Virus record (IMG/VR): IMGVR_UViG_3300044991_002645
Span: 1 to 53,104 of that record
Reading direction: 5' to 3' (one strand)
DNA length: 53,104 nucleotides
Origin: a virus
Lineage: Duplodnaviria; Caudoviricetes
Positions 20,101 to 29,062 of the stretch are shown here, piece after piece. Every line of letters begins with the position of its first letter. Position 1 is the first letter of the stretch. The notes below the pieces were generated by a model, which saw nothing but the letters and a program-made list of their open reading frames with translations, searched no databases and was not told the DNA's origin. Made by a program: the position numbers and the translations under genes.

Positions 20101-20910
20101 TCACTTGGTTGAGGTGGGTTGCGGTTGTTTCGGGCCCTTGTAGCCCGCGCCGGCCCACGTGTACAAGGTCTCGGCCAACAAGGTGATGGCGCCGGCCTTG
20201 GCCGTGGCCTTGCCCCATTTGACCTTTCTAAGTTTATCCATCGCGGCGCGGTCGGCCTCGGTCAGCACGGCCCCGGGGGTTCCGGCGCGGGATATCCTAT
20301 CGGCGGACGCGTGGTTGGATCCCGCCGCGTCCGGCTCGATGCCCGCCTTTTTGAGGGCCGCCAGGTCGGCCCGCTCGGCGGCCACCAGCTCCGGCGAAGG
20401 AACGTGTCGGTTCTTGGCTTTGTACATTGAGTGGGCGATACTCCCTCCGAACGCTCCCAGTTTGACGGCCGAGTTGTCGACCTCCCAATTGGCCAGGGTG
20501 TTGTTCAGGAGACTGTCCGTGAAGCCGCCCGGGACGAGTCCCGCGCCGACGGCGACGTTTCCCCCCAGCGTCCTCCCGAACGAGCCTATGTTCTCCATGG
20601 TGGTTTTCTCGCTGGCGGGTTTGGCATCCGTCGCTTTATCCGCGGCCGCCATGGCCTTGGCCTTCTCGGCCTTGGCCTCCGCGGCCTTCTCGGCCTTGGC
20701 CTCCGCGGCCTTGCCATCCTGCCGCAACCCCTCCAAGGTGGATCCCACCCCCAGGCCCAGCACCGCGCCGCCGGCGGAGGTCGCGGCCAGGCTGGCCGCG
20801 TCACTCAACTCGAACGCATACTTGCCAGTCAGGAATCCAGCCAACGCCCCCACCAAGGCTCCCGTGGCTGGAAGGGCGTACTCCGCTTGCTTCTCGATGT
20901 GTCTGCTCAT
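20101..20910 (-). CDS. Hypothetical glycine-zipper/membrane-type protein
   Basis: Starts MSRHIEKQA, followed by two Gly/Ala hydrophobic helices and an AEAKAEKA tandem repeat. Confidence 0.7.
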   Translation of the reverse strand: MSRHIEKQAEYALPATGALVGALAGFLTGKYAFELSDAASLAATSAGGAVLGLGVGSTLEGLRQDGKAAEAKAEKAAEAKAEKAKAMAAADKATDAKPASEKTTMENIGSFGRTLGGNVAVGAGLVPGGFTDSLLNNTLANWEVDNSAVKLGAFGGSIAHSMYKAKNRHVPSPELVAAERADLAALKKAGIEPDAAGSNHASADRISRAGTPGAVLTEADRAAMDKLRKVKWGKATAKAGAITLLAETLYTWAGAGYKGPKQPQPTSTK

Positions 20911-20922
20911 GGGGCTCCCTGA

Positions 20923-21879
20923 TTATTTGGATTCGCGCATGTTGCGCATCATTTGAAAAACTCGATTGCCCCTGCCGGATGCCGCCTGCTTTTGTTGAGG
21001 GCTCGAACGGGGGCTTGCGGGTCCGGTGGCTCCGACGGCCTCGGCCAAGTCCATGGGGCCGGGACTTTGTCCCTGAGGGGATCCGCCAGCCAATTGGCCG
21101 ATCAGCCCCTCCAACTTGTCCAGCCTGTCCATTATGTCCGAGTTGCTTATCCGCTGGTTCTGCCCGTCCCTGCTCTTGCCGCCCTCCTCCATGATCTCGG
21201 CGACCATCTGCCTGAGCTGGTCCGTCGACATGGTCACAGAGCCCCCCGCGGGAGTTGGCATGGGGCCGCCCTGGCCGCCCTCCGGCGGGGGTTGGCCGCC
21301 GCCCTGGCCCATGGCCTGCTGGACGATCGGCATGACCTGGTCGGGTCCCACGGGATTGCCCTGGGCGTCGACCGGACCCTTCTGAGGGTCGACCGTTATC
21401 CCCGCGGCCTGCAACGCCTGCTGGACCTGGGGCTGCATCAGAACCTGCATGACTTCCGGTGGAACTGGACTGCCTCCCTGCGCCGGTGGCTGGCCGCCTT
21501 GAGGTGGCTGGCCGCCGCCCTGGCCCATGGCCTGCTGGACGATCGGCATGACCTGGTCGGGTCCGACCGGCTGCCCGTTCTGATCCACAGGGCCTTGCTG
21601 GGGGTCCACGGTTATGCCTTGGGCCTTCAGCGCCTGCTGGACCTGGGGCTGCATCAGAACCTGCATGACCTCCGGAGGTATCTGCGGGCCACCTTGCGGA
21701 GGGGGTTGGCCGCCGCCCTGGGCCGGGGGTTGGCCGCCGCCGTTGGCCGGGGGTTGGCCGCCGCCCTGGGCAGCCTGCTGGGCCTCGGGGGTCATGGGCG
21801 AGAACGCCCTCTTCTGTAAACCGCGGTTTAACGCCAGCCGGGCCAATAAATCTGGATTGAGCATGAGGTGGGTCTCCAT
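20923..21879 (-). CDS. Gln/Pro/Gly-rich protein with an internal duplication
   Basis: GGGQPP repeats, two copies of PPEVMQVLMQPQVQQAL...VMPIVQQAMGQ, and LQKRA near the N-terminus. Confidence 0.8.
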   Translation of the reverse strand: METHLMLNPDLLARLALNRGLQKRAFSPMTPEAQQAAQGGGQPPANGGGQPPAQGGGQPPPQGGPQIPPEVMQVLMQPQVQQALKAQGITVDPQQGPVDQNGQPVGPDQVMPIVQQAMGQGGGQPPQGGQPPAQGGSPVPPEVMQVLMQPQVQQALQAAGITVDPQKGPVDAQGNPVGPDQVMPIVQQAMGQGGGQPPPEGGQGGPMPTPAGGSVTMSTDQLRQMVAEIMEEGGKSRDGQNQRISNSDIMDRLDKLEGLIGQLAGGSPQGQSPGPMDLAEAVGATGPASPRSSPQQKQAASGRGNRVFQMMRNMRESK

Positions 21880-21895
21880 TGTGTTTAAGTCTAAT

Positions 21896-24800
21896 TTACA
21901 CCGGCAACGCGCGAGCGGTTATCTCTATGGGGTCGTCCACGTCGAGCAAACCTTTCCTCCAAGCCGCGCGGGCCTCCTCCAGGGAGGCGAACACCTTGGT
22001 GGCCTGGTCCTGTCTGGCCCTGGTGGCCAGCGCCACGCCCTGCGCGAACTCCGCCGACGGCGTGTAGTTGGCCTGGAACGTGGACGCCCCCAGCAGCGCC
22101 CGCGAGGGCAGCATCCGGTCGCGGGCCTCCTTGACGGCCGCGTCGGTCACGGGCACGTGGAAGGACATTGTGTTGGATAGGATCACCCCGTCCACGGACA
22201 TGAACGTCTCGTACCCAGGCACGGTCAGATCGTATCCGGTTTCCACCTTGCCTGTCCTCTCATAAGACTCGACCCTGTCCCACACCACGGACTCGTTGGT
22301 CACGAACTGCACGAATGCCTCATAATCCTTATGCGTCCGGATAGCGGCCACATGCTCCGAGAGGAAACGCCGGGCGAACGAACGGGATATGCACCCCGTG
22401 ACCAAGGCTTTGCGTAATATGACATACCCGCTGCCGGCCTTATGCGCCGAGTACTCCGCCGCGGAGATCGTCTTGACCAGATCAGACGTGATCGGGATTT
22501 GATCGTTGCGATTAGCCGAGGCGGACGCCTCTTTTTGCAGGGGGGCGTCTCTCAAGGCGGCAGCTTTGTTGTCTTTGGCCAAATGCAAATCCAACTTCAA
22601 CACGTCGGATGCGCACATGGCTAACACCCAGCACTGACGGCCGGCGGGTGTTTTTGACGAGGAGATGCGGCTATACACGCCCAGCGTGCGGCATAGGTGC
22701 TGCGTCTCCCTGACCAGCCGCAGGGAGTTAGACTGCAGAGACACATGCAACTGAGGTATTTTTCTAGCTTTATTCACCGCCACCGAGCCGTCCGTGTCCA
22801 GCAATCCCTCGAGAAGTGCTTTACGCGTGGCCTCGGGGGCGGAGGCGAACCAGCGGGGCAGGTGTTTGTTATCCGCGCCGGAGCTGATCCACTCCTTAAT
22901 CTGAATGGCCATGGCTTTGTTGGAAATGCACAGCCTGCTGCAGTCCGCGTGTCTATCCGCGTACACTGGATTGGCTTTATCGAAAAAGGAACGGCCTATA
23001 TGCTGCTCCGATCCCCAAACCATGCGCACGGAGGAGCTAAACCGGGCGAACACGGACTCATCGTCCCCGGCGAGGAAAACCTGCATACCGCCGGTCCGCC
23101 CCTCGGTCACCCAGCCGTCGCCAGCCATGGCGCCGACCACGTACCCCAACTCGGGGATCAACTCGAAACCGTCCACTTTGCGCAGCTCCCTCGGCGGATC
23201 CACCCTGTCCGCCCGCGGGACCAGCATGCCGATGGACTCCGACGGCCGGCGGCGGACCAGCTCGTACGTGCCCGGCAGCAGCCCGTACACGGCGCGCTCG
23301 TCGTCGTCCGTGAGTATCTGGCGGCCCGACAAGAGGTTGACTATCTCCACCTCGCAGCCGGTGTGCTCCGACCATCCCGCGACCGGCGCGGCCTTGACCA
23401 TCTTGGTGGCCTCGTCATAGGCGTACACGCTAATGCCCTCGGGCATCACATGATATTTTATGTTCCCCTGATCCACATGATCCTCGTGATGCGGCACGTC
23501 GGCCAAGTCAACGACGGCCCAGCACCCGCCTTGTCCCACCACCGCCCCGTTTTTGACAAACATCTTGTAGGCCTCCTCATAAGTGACGCTAACTCCGGCG
23601 ACACTTAAATGTAGCCCTTTACTGCAATCTTTACAAGGGGTTTTCATAAACATCTTAATGAGGCTATTCTCTTGGTCCCCGTCGAAATCAAGGTTATACG
23701 GCTTCACTATCGAGGGATTCACCCTGAGAACGTCCCCCGGCACCAGCACCGGCTCGTGGGCCATGATGCCGAACTTGTGCAGCGTGGGCGCGCGGTTGAG
23801 CAGCACGGGGCGCTCGGCCACGGCCTGGACGAGGAACGGCCGGGCGGCCTTGGCCCTGTCGGCCACCAGCCGGACCGCGTCGGTCGCGGGGAACCCCGCC
23901 TGTATCATCTTGCGCACGACGAACGGCTCGAACGAGTCCCAGGCCAGCGTCTCCGGCAGGCCGACCTGGTCCATGCCTATGCTGGAGTCGGGCACCACGG
24001 CCGCGCGGCCGACCATCTCGGTGGTGGCCCCGGCGACCCTGCGCTGGAACGCCCCCTCCTTGGGGCTGGCCTTGCCGAACACCCACGAGAGCAGTCCGCC
24101 CACGCCTTTGGCCTGGGCCTCCTTGTCCTCGGGGTCGCCGTAGCCTCCCGCCGCCTTGAACGCCCGCCACACGGAGGCCCTGGCGTCGGCCAGCTGGCTG
24201 CCGCCCATGACGGACTTGGCCTCGCGGAGGTCGTCCCGGGCCGCGAGCAGGTCCTTGTACATGTAGTTGGCGTCGGACACGATGCTGAAGTCGGACGCCG
24301 TGGCTATGCCCCGGAAGGCCGGCGGGAGCACGGGCACCTTGTCGAACACGTAGTCCGAGGGCTTCTCGCCGCGGGACTCCATGGAGGCCAGGGCGCGGTA
24401 CCGCTTCAGGGCGGCGTCGCGGGACTGGCCCTTGCCTCTCTTGAAATCGTTGAGGGATGCCGCCATCTCGGCCTTGACGTCCACGGCGGCCAGCGCCTTC
24501 TTTATGGCGGCCCCCCCGGTGGCCCCTGCCAACTCCTTGTTCCCCTCCACCACGGCGTCGTAATCCTTCAGGGTCAGATTCAATATCCTGCGGAGGGAGT
24601 CCGTCATGGCGGGGTTGGGCAGCGGCTCGTCGAGCGGTATGGCCGCCCAGCCCCTGCCATCCTTTCCGAAAGTCGCGTCGTCGAATAGGCCGCCCCGCAT
24701 GGGCGTGAAGTTCTTGGAGTCGTATGTGTCCGCGTTGACGACCTCCCGGGGGCCCGCCAGATCGGCCACCGAGGCTGCCGTCATGGGCGTGAGCGAGACT

Positions 24801-27800
24801 TTCCCGTCGCCCGTGCGCCGGACGTCCAGGCCCGCCCCCTTGAGGGACTCCACGAACTTCTCATGCACCAGCGGCACGCCCGGCAGCTGCGGGGTGCCCC
24901 CCAGCTTGAACTCGCGCCAGAAGTCGTAGTTCTGCTGGCCGCGGACGAGTTTGGCGTCCTCCAGAACCTTCCAGGCCCCGTGGGCCACGATGGCCCCCAC
25001 CTCCAGACTGTTGGCGGCCAAGGCGCCGGACACCGTGTATGAATGCGTCTCGTCGACCGTGATATTGTACACCGGCACGGTGGCCGAGGGCTTGTCCGGA
25101 ATATAAGACCGCACGTCGCGGACGCGCAGCGGGACCAGACCCAGCCTGGCGGCCTTGTCGAACGGCGACAGGGCTCTGGCTCCGATAATCTCCGAGACCA
25201 CTCTGATGAGCATGTCTTTACTTTTCGGTATGACTGACACGGGAACGTGTCGCGACACTATGGCGGCCAATTCATAGAAACCCTTTTTATTGAAGGCTAT
25301 CACATATTGTGGGACCCCTGAAAACGACTCGGCGTCCTGTTTCGCGTGAATGCTCGTCACATTGAATCTGTTCCTTAACATGTCAATCAAAAGCTCCACC
25401 TCGGGCAAGGAGTAACTATGTGTGCATAATTTACCCTCGTATTTGGGCTTACCTTTTTTCTTACACATGTTTCTGAAATATCCGTCGTCGATGATCCACA
25501 GGGCGATCCCAGCCTCCGACACAGCGTCCGCCCACTCCCGCGTGACTATCTTGCCTGCGCCCGTTGAGCGGCAGACGGCGAACACTGACCTAACCACATG
25601 CGGCATGGATATGCACACGACGCTTCTAGTGTATCTCGCTCCCGGGACGACTTGATCCGCGCAATAATACCGCATGCCCATCAAAGACCCGAACAGACTT
25701 TGCTTGAACTCCAGGTACGCCTGCTGCTTATTGGAGTGCATGAAAGACACCGTCTCGGATGTGACCGACGCGTCGCCGAGCATGGTGCCCAGCAGCGCGC
25801 CCATCTGATCGGCCGTGGGAACGGGACCCCAGGTCGCCACCTCGTCGCCCGGGCGCAACTCACCCGCCGGCTTCTTGGAGCCATCGGTCAGATAGAACGG
25901 ATGATTCTTGGTCGGATACGCGCACGATGTGTGCTTGAATTTGCTTTTGCCTCCGTAAACCGAGGGGGCCCCCGCGAATTCTACGGTAATCACATCCTCC
26001 ACAGGCACTTCGCGGGTGAACCAGTCCACGACCCTCCGGTACACCCATTCCCCTTGTTTATCCGACCACGTCAACACATAGTCTCCAGTGCGCTTCTCCA
26101 CTATGGTGCCTATCTTCCGTTCGCCGTGCGCGGTCATCACCGGCTGTTTGGATATGAAGCAGCCCAGTCTCTTTCCCCCTCCATAACCACCTTTGACCGG
26201 AGTCTCGTCCATCGAGTAGCCGCCGGTCCCCCGGGCCCCCGTCTTGCCCTCGGACATGTGCTTGGACCTGAGTATGTACTGGACCCCGGTGAATATCTCG
26301 GGTATGTTGCGGCCGGTCTCCGGATCGGTGAGGTCCTCCGTGTCGGACAACCCCGCCTTGTCCAGCTCCTCCCTGGCCATCTGGGCCATGGAGCGGTCCA
26401 TGAAGCCGGGCAGGACGTATGGCTTGCCCGTCTTGGCCGTCACCTTGCCCAGGACCGTCTCGACCATCTGGCTGGTGTTGGTCCTCGTTATCAACCCCAT
26501 CGGGTTGATGACGAGCTCGAAAGGATTCCCCTGCGCGTCATGGGGCATTTGATTGTCCGGAAGCACTTGGCTGACGACGCCTTTATTTCCGAACCTGCCC
26601 GCGATTTTGTCCCCCGACTGCACCGGGACGTTGGCCCGGACGAATACCCTGACGGTCCCATCCTTGCCCTTCACCACGTCGGACACCACCCCGGGGAACT
26701 CGTGGTCCCACACGGCGGACACGTCCTTGGTGAGCCTGCGGCCCAGCGTGCCCACCCCCGGCTCCGTCTCCTTGACGGCCAGCACCAGCGGGTCGCCGTG
26801 CGCGACGGCGGTCCCGGGCTTGACCATGCCCCTGTCGTCCATGCGGGACTTGACGAACTCTGGATCATGCGCCCCAGGGTAGAGCGACATGAACTTCAAC
26901 CTGTCCACGACCACCCCGGGCCCCGCGCCCACCGAGACGGGCATCATCTCCTCGGCCGCCATCTTCCTGGCGGCCGACTCCGACATGCAGAACGCGTCCT
27001 CGAAGGTCTTGCCCTTCCACGGCATGTATGCCACGCGCAGGTTGCGGCCCACCGCGAGCGCCCCGTCCTTGTCCGCGTAGTTGGTCGTGGCCAGCACTTG
27101 GCCGGGGGCCACGGCGTCGCCCCGCTTGACCAGCGGTATGGACCTCAGGTACCCTTTGTTGTTGAACGGGAAATTGTCGTATAGCTCCACGGTCTCCATC
27201 TTGCCGTCCTGGCCCTGCAGTTTGATCTCCCCGGACCCGACCGACATCACGGTGGAGGGGGCCGATGCCTTGCGGACCCCCATCATGCCGCCTATCTTGT
27301 CCTCGTAGGATTTGCCCGTCTCGGAGTCCAGCGTGCGCACGAAGGGGGCCTCCCGGTCCACCAGCGGCATGGATTGGCCTATGTGCTTGGATGCCATCAG
27401 AAGGCGCATGCCCTTCACGCCGGATTTGAGCGGGACCAGGTTTGACGCGAAGTTGAACATGCTGTCAGGGTCGTCGACTATGAGGTCCACGTCCTTGCGG
27501 TCCACCACCCCTACGTCCTTGCTGCGGCTCATCACCGGGATCAACTCGTCCTTGGAGTTCCACATGTCGGCCGTGGTGACCTTGGCCAGGCTGGCCTTCT
27601 TGGAGTCCACCCACACGACCTGCCCGGTCCTGGCGTCCCTGAACCTCGAATGCAGCAGGTTGTCGGAGCCCTTGCGCGTGCGGTCGGCCAGGTAGACGTC
27701 CAACCCTATGGTGGACTTCTCGGGGGACCTCACGGGGTCTATGAAGTTGTGGAAGGAGTTCTGCACGGAGCGCATGGTCGAGTTCTCGGGGGCCGCGCGC

Positions 27801-29059
27801 TCGTCGGAGACACCGCCCTCGCCCAGCCGCGTGATCTTGGACGACTGGTCCAGGGCCTCCAGGGGGTTCGCGCCGTCCAGGTAGGTCATCACCCCGGTGT
27901 CGGTGAAAACGCCGTCCACTGCCTTCTGCAAGGCCCCTGAGGGCAATGTGCTAAGGTCGCCCTTGAACGTGTGCTTCCAAAGCATCTTGTTGATGTGGCC
28001 GCCTCCGTCGCGCCTGAGCCGCTCGCCGAAGAAGTCGTCGAGTCCGTGGACCTTTTGGAACTCCATGCTGTCGCGGGGGTCCTCGTCGACCTCGCCCCTG
28101 TTGAGCTTGATGAGTTTGGCCGCGGTCGCCGTGAGGAGCTCCGGCGAGACCTTGTCGTGGCGGAACCCCAGATTCAACTCGGTGGCGTCGGGGTCCAGCC
28201 TCATCTTGGCGAAGGCCTCGCGCAGCCTGTCGCCGGATCCGTCGCCCCTGATGGAAACGACAGTTGGCCCACTCTTAATCTGAGTCAGGCTGGTGGGCGC
28301 GGGAGTCTCCTCGGGTAGGTGCAGCCGCGGCAGCTCGGCGGCCTCCTTCTCCACGGTTTCAGGCGGAGGCGTGGTTCGGAACGCCTTCTCCAGGGAATCC
28401 GTGGTTGCTCGAGCGGAGGCCTCGGAGTTGGCCTTCAATATCTCGGGGCCCCACGCGGCGGCGAGCTGCCCGTCGGTGACGCCCATGGCCTTGAGCGCGG
28501 GGTACAGTTTGTGGGATCCGCCCTTGTCCACGGAGAACACCCCGGTGGCCGGGTCCATCTCGACGCGGAAGGGGTAGCCCGTGCCCTGCTCCACGTTGAC
28601 GTGGGACTCCAGCCCCCCGTCCAGGCGGCGGCGGGCGAACACGCCCGAGGCCAGACGCATCATGTAGCCGCCGGCGTACTCGGCGCCGTTCTTGATGAAG
28701 GTGCCCCGCTCGGTGAGCCAGGGGACGCGGGCCAGGACCTTGCGGCCGGTTTCGTCCAGGACGTTCCCGGTGGCCTTGTCGACCAGCCTCCATTTGCCCG
28801 ACACGGGCACGGAGATGTCGCCGCCGTCCATGATGGCCTGCTTCTGCTCCTTGAGCGAGAACCCCTTCTTGGCGTCGGTCCTCACGTCAGACAGCTCCAG
28901 CCGGACGCGGCCGTTGTCCACGGGGAACCTCTCGGCCAGGGACTTGACCACGTTGGCCAACAACTTGTCCCGCTTGCGCACGAAATCGAAAAGGCCTATG
29001 GGCTCGTCAACAGGATCCCCGGGCTTGACCCCGGCGACGTCGTCCAATAAATACTCCAT
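21896..29059 (-). CDS. Phage RNA polymerase: beta fused to N-half of beta', with two inteins (about 1502 aa spliced)
   Basis: Beta motifs FIDPVRSPEK..IGL, GRNLRVAYMPWKG.TFEDA, GDKIAGRFGNKGVV and GGKRLG..E. Beta' motifs GGLFD...FG, VPVLPPAFR, LLNRAPTLHK and NLDFDGD..M..HVP. Confidence 0.95.
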   Translation of the reverse strand: MEYLLDDVAGVKPGDPVDEPIGLFDFVRKRDKLLANVVKSLAERFPVDNGRVRLELSDVRTDAKKGFSLKEQKQAIMDGGDISVPVSGKWRLVDKATGNVLDETGRKVLARVPWLTERGTFIKNGAEYAGGYMMRLASGVFARRRLDGGLESHVNVEQGTGYPFRVEMDPATGVFSVDKGGSHKLYPALKAMGVTDGQLAAAWGPEILKANSEASARATTDSLEKAFRTTPPPETVEKEAAELPRLHLPEETPAPTSLTQIKSGPTVVSIRGDGSGDRLREAFAKMRLDPDATELNLGFRHDKVSPELLTATAAKLIKLNRGEVDEDPRDSMEFQKVHGLDDFFGERLRRDGGGHINKMLWKHTFKGDLSTLPSGALQKAVDGVFTDTGVMTYLDGANPLEALDQSSKITRLGEGGVSDERAAPENSTMRSVQNSFHNFIDPVRSPEKSTIGLDVYLADRTRKGSDNLLHSRFRDARTGQVVWVDSKKASLAKVTTADMWNSKDELIPVMSRSKDVGVVDRKDVDLIVDDPDSMFNFASNLVPLKSGVKGMRLLMASKHIGQSMPLVDREAPFVRTLDSETGKSYEDKIGGMMGVRKASAPSTVMSVGSGEIKLQGQDGKMETVELYDNFPFNNKGYLRSIPLVKRGDAVAPGQVLATTNYADKDGALAVGRNLRVAYMPWKGKTFEDAFCMSESAARKMAAEEMMPVSVGAGPGVVVDRLKFMSLYPGAHDPEFVKSRMDDRGMVKPGTAVAHGDPLVLAVKETEPGVGTLGRRLTKDVSAVWDHEFPGVVSDVVKGKDGTVRVFVRANVPVQSGDKIAGRFGNKGVVSQVLPDNQMPHDAQGNPFELVINPMGLITRTNTSQMVETVLGKVTAKTGKPYVLPGFMDRSMAQMAREELDKAGLSDTEDLTDPETGRNIPEIFTGVQYILRSKHMSEGKTGARGTGGYSMDETPVKGGYGGGKRLGCFISKQPVMTAHGERKIGTIVEKRTGDYVLTWSDKQGEWVYRRVVDWFTREVPVEDVITVEFAGAPSVYGGKSKFKHTSCAYPTKNHPFYLTDGSKKPAGELRPGDEVATWGPVPTADQMGALLGTMLGDASVTSETVSFMHSNKQQAYLEFKQSLFGSLMGMRYYCADQVVPGARYTRSVVCISMPHVVRSVFAVCRSTGAGKIVTREWADAVSEAGIALWIIDDGYFRNMCKKKGKPKYEGKLCTHSYSLPEVELLIDMLRNRFNVTSIHAKQDAESFSGVPQYVIAFNKKGFYELAAIVSRHVPVSVIPKSKDMLIRVVSEIIGARALSPFDKAARLGLVPLRVRDVRSYIPDKPSATVPVYNITVDETHSYTVSGALAANSLEVGAIVAHGAWKVLEDAKLVRGQQNYDFWREFKLGGTPQLPGVPLVHEKFVESLKGAGLDVRRTGDGKVSLTPMTAASVADLAGPREVVNADTYDSKNFTPMRGGLFDDATFGKDGRGWAAIPLDEPLPNPAMTDSLRRILNLTLKDYDAVVEGNKELAGATGGAAIKKALAAVDVKAEMAASLNDFKRGKGQSRDAALKRYRALASMESRGEKPSDYVFDKVPVLPPAFRGIATASDFSIVSDANYMYKDLLAARDDLREAKSVMGGSQLADARASVWRAFKAAGGYGDPEDKEAQAKGVGGLLSWVFGKASPKEGAFQRRVAGATTEMVGRAAVVPDSSIGMDQVGLPETLAWDSFEPFVVRKMIQAGFPATDAVRLVADRAKAARPFLVQAVAERPVLLNRAPTLHKFGIMAHEPVLVPGDVLRVNPSIVKPYNLDFDGDQENSLIKMFMKTPCKDCSKGLHLSVAGVSVTYEEAYKMFVKNGAVVGQGGCWAVVDLADVPHHEDHVDQGNIKYHVMPEGISVYAYDEATKMVKAAPVAGWSEHTGCEVEIVNLLSGRQILTDDDERAVYGLLPGTYELVRRRPSESIGMLVPRADRVDPPRELRKVDGFELIPELGYVVGAMAGDGWVTEGRTGGMQVFLAGDDESVFARFSSSVRMVWGSEQHIGRSFFDKANPVYADRHADCSRLCISNKAMAIQIKEWISSGADNKHLPRWFASAPEATRKALLEGLLDTDGSVAVNKARKIPQLHVSLQSNSLRLVRETQHLCRTLGVYSRISSSKTPAGRQCWVLAMCASDVLKLDLHLAKDNKAAALRDAPLQKEASASANRNDQIPITSDLVKTISAAEYSAHKAGSGYVILRKALVTGCISRSFARRFLSEHVAAIRTHKDYEAFVQFVTNESVVWDRVESYERTGKVETGYDLTVPGYETFMSVDGVILSNTMSFHVPVTDAAVKEARDRMLPSRALLGASTFQANYTPSAEFAQGVALATRARQDQATKVFASLEEARAAWRKGLLDVDDPIEITARALPV
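22172..23674 (-). mobile_element. Atypical intein (501 aa) with LAGLIDADG endonuclease, inserted after the catalytic DFDGD
   Basis: Removing QENSL...VILSN restores NLDFDGD|TMSFHVP. Block F/G reads GYDLTVPGYETFMSVDGVILSN|T. LAGLIDADG motifs VVGAMAGDG and LLEGLLDTDG. Lower GC than the flanks. Confidence 0.88.
23561..23636 (-). promoter_or_regulatory. Sigma70-like promoter, RBS and in-frame ATG inside the intein
   Basis: TTGTAA (23636-23631), 17-nt spacer, TACATT (23613-23608); then GAGGAGG 8 nt before an in-frame ATG at 23563. Confidence 0.55.
25010..26161 (-). mobile_element. Intein (384 aa) with LAGLIDADG endonuclease in the beta C-terminal GGxRxG motif
   Basis: GGKRLG|CFISKQ start, block B TKNHPF, LLGTMLGDAS and IALWIIDDG motifs, end VYNITVDETHSY..GALAAN|SLEVG. 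Confidence 0.92.
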
Positions 29060-29062
29060 GGG

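Noticed and set aside
18192-29059. Cellular rpoB/rpoC operon
   Set aside because: The sequence is too divergent, unusually split, lacks the zinc finger, and is flanked by portal and capsid genes rather than ribosomal protein genes, so no gene symbols were assigned.
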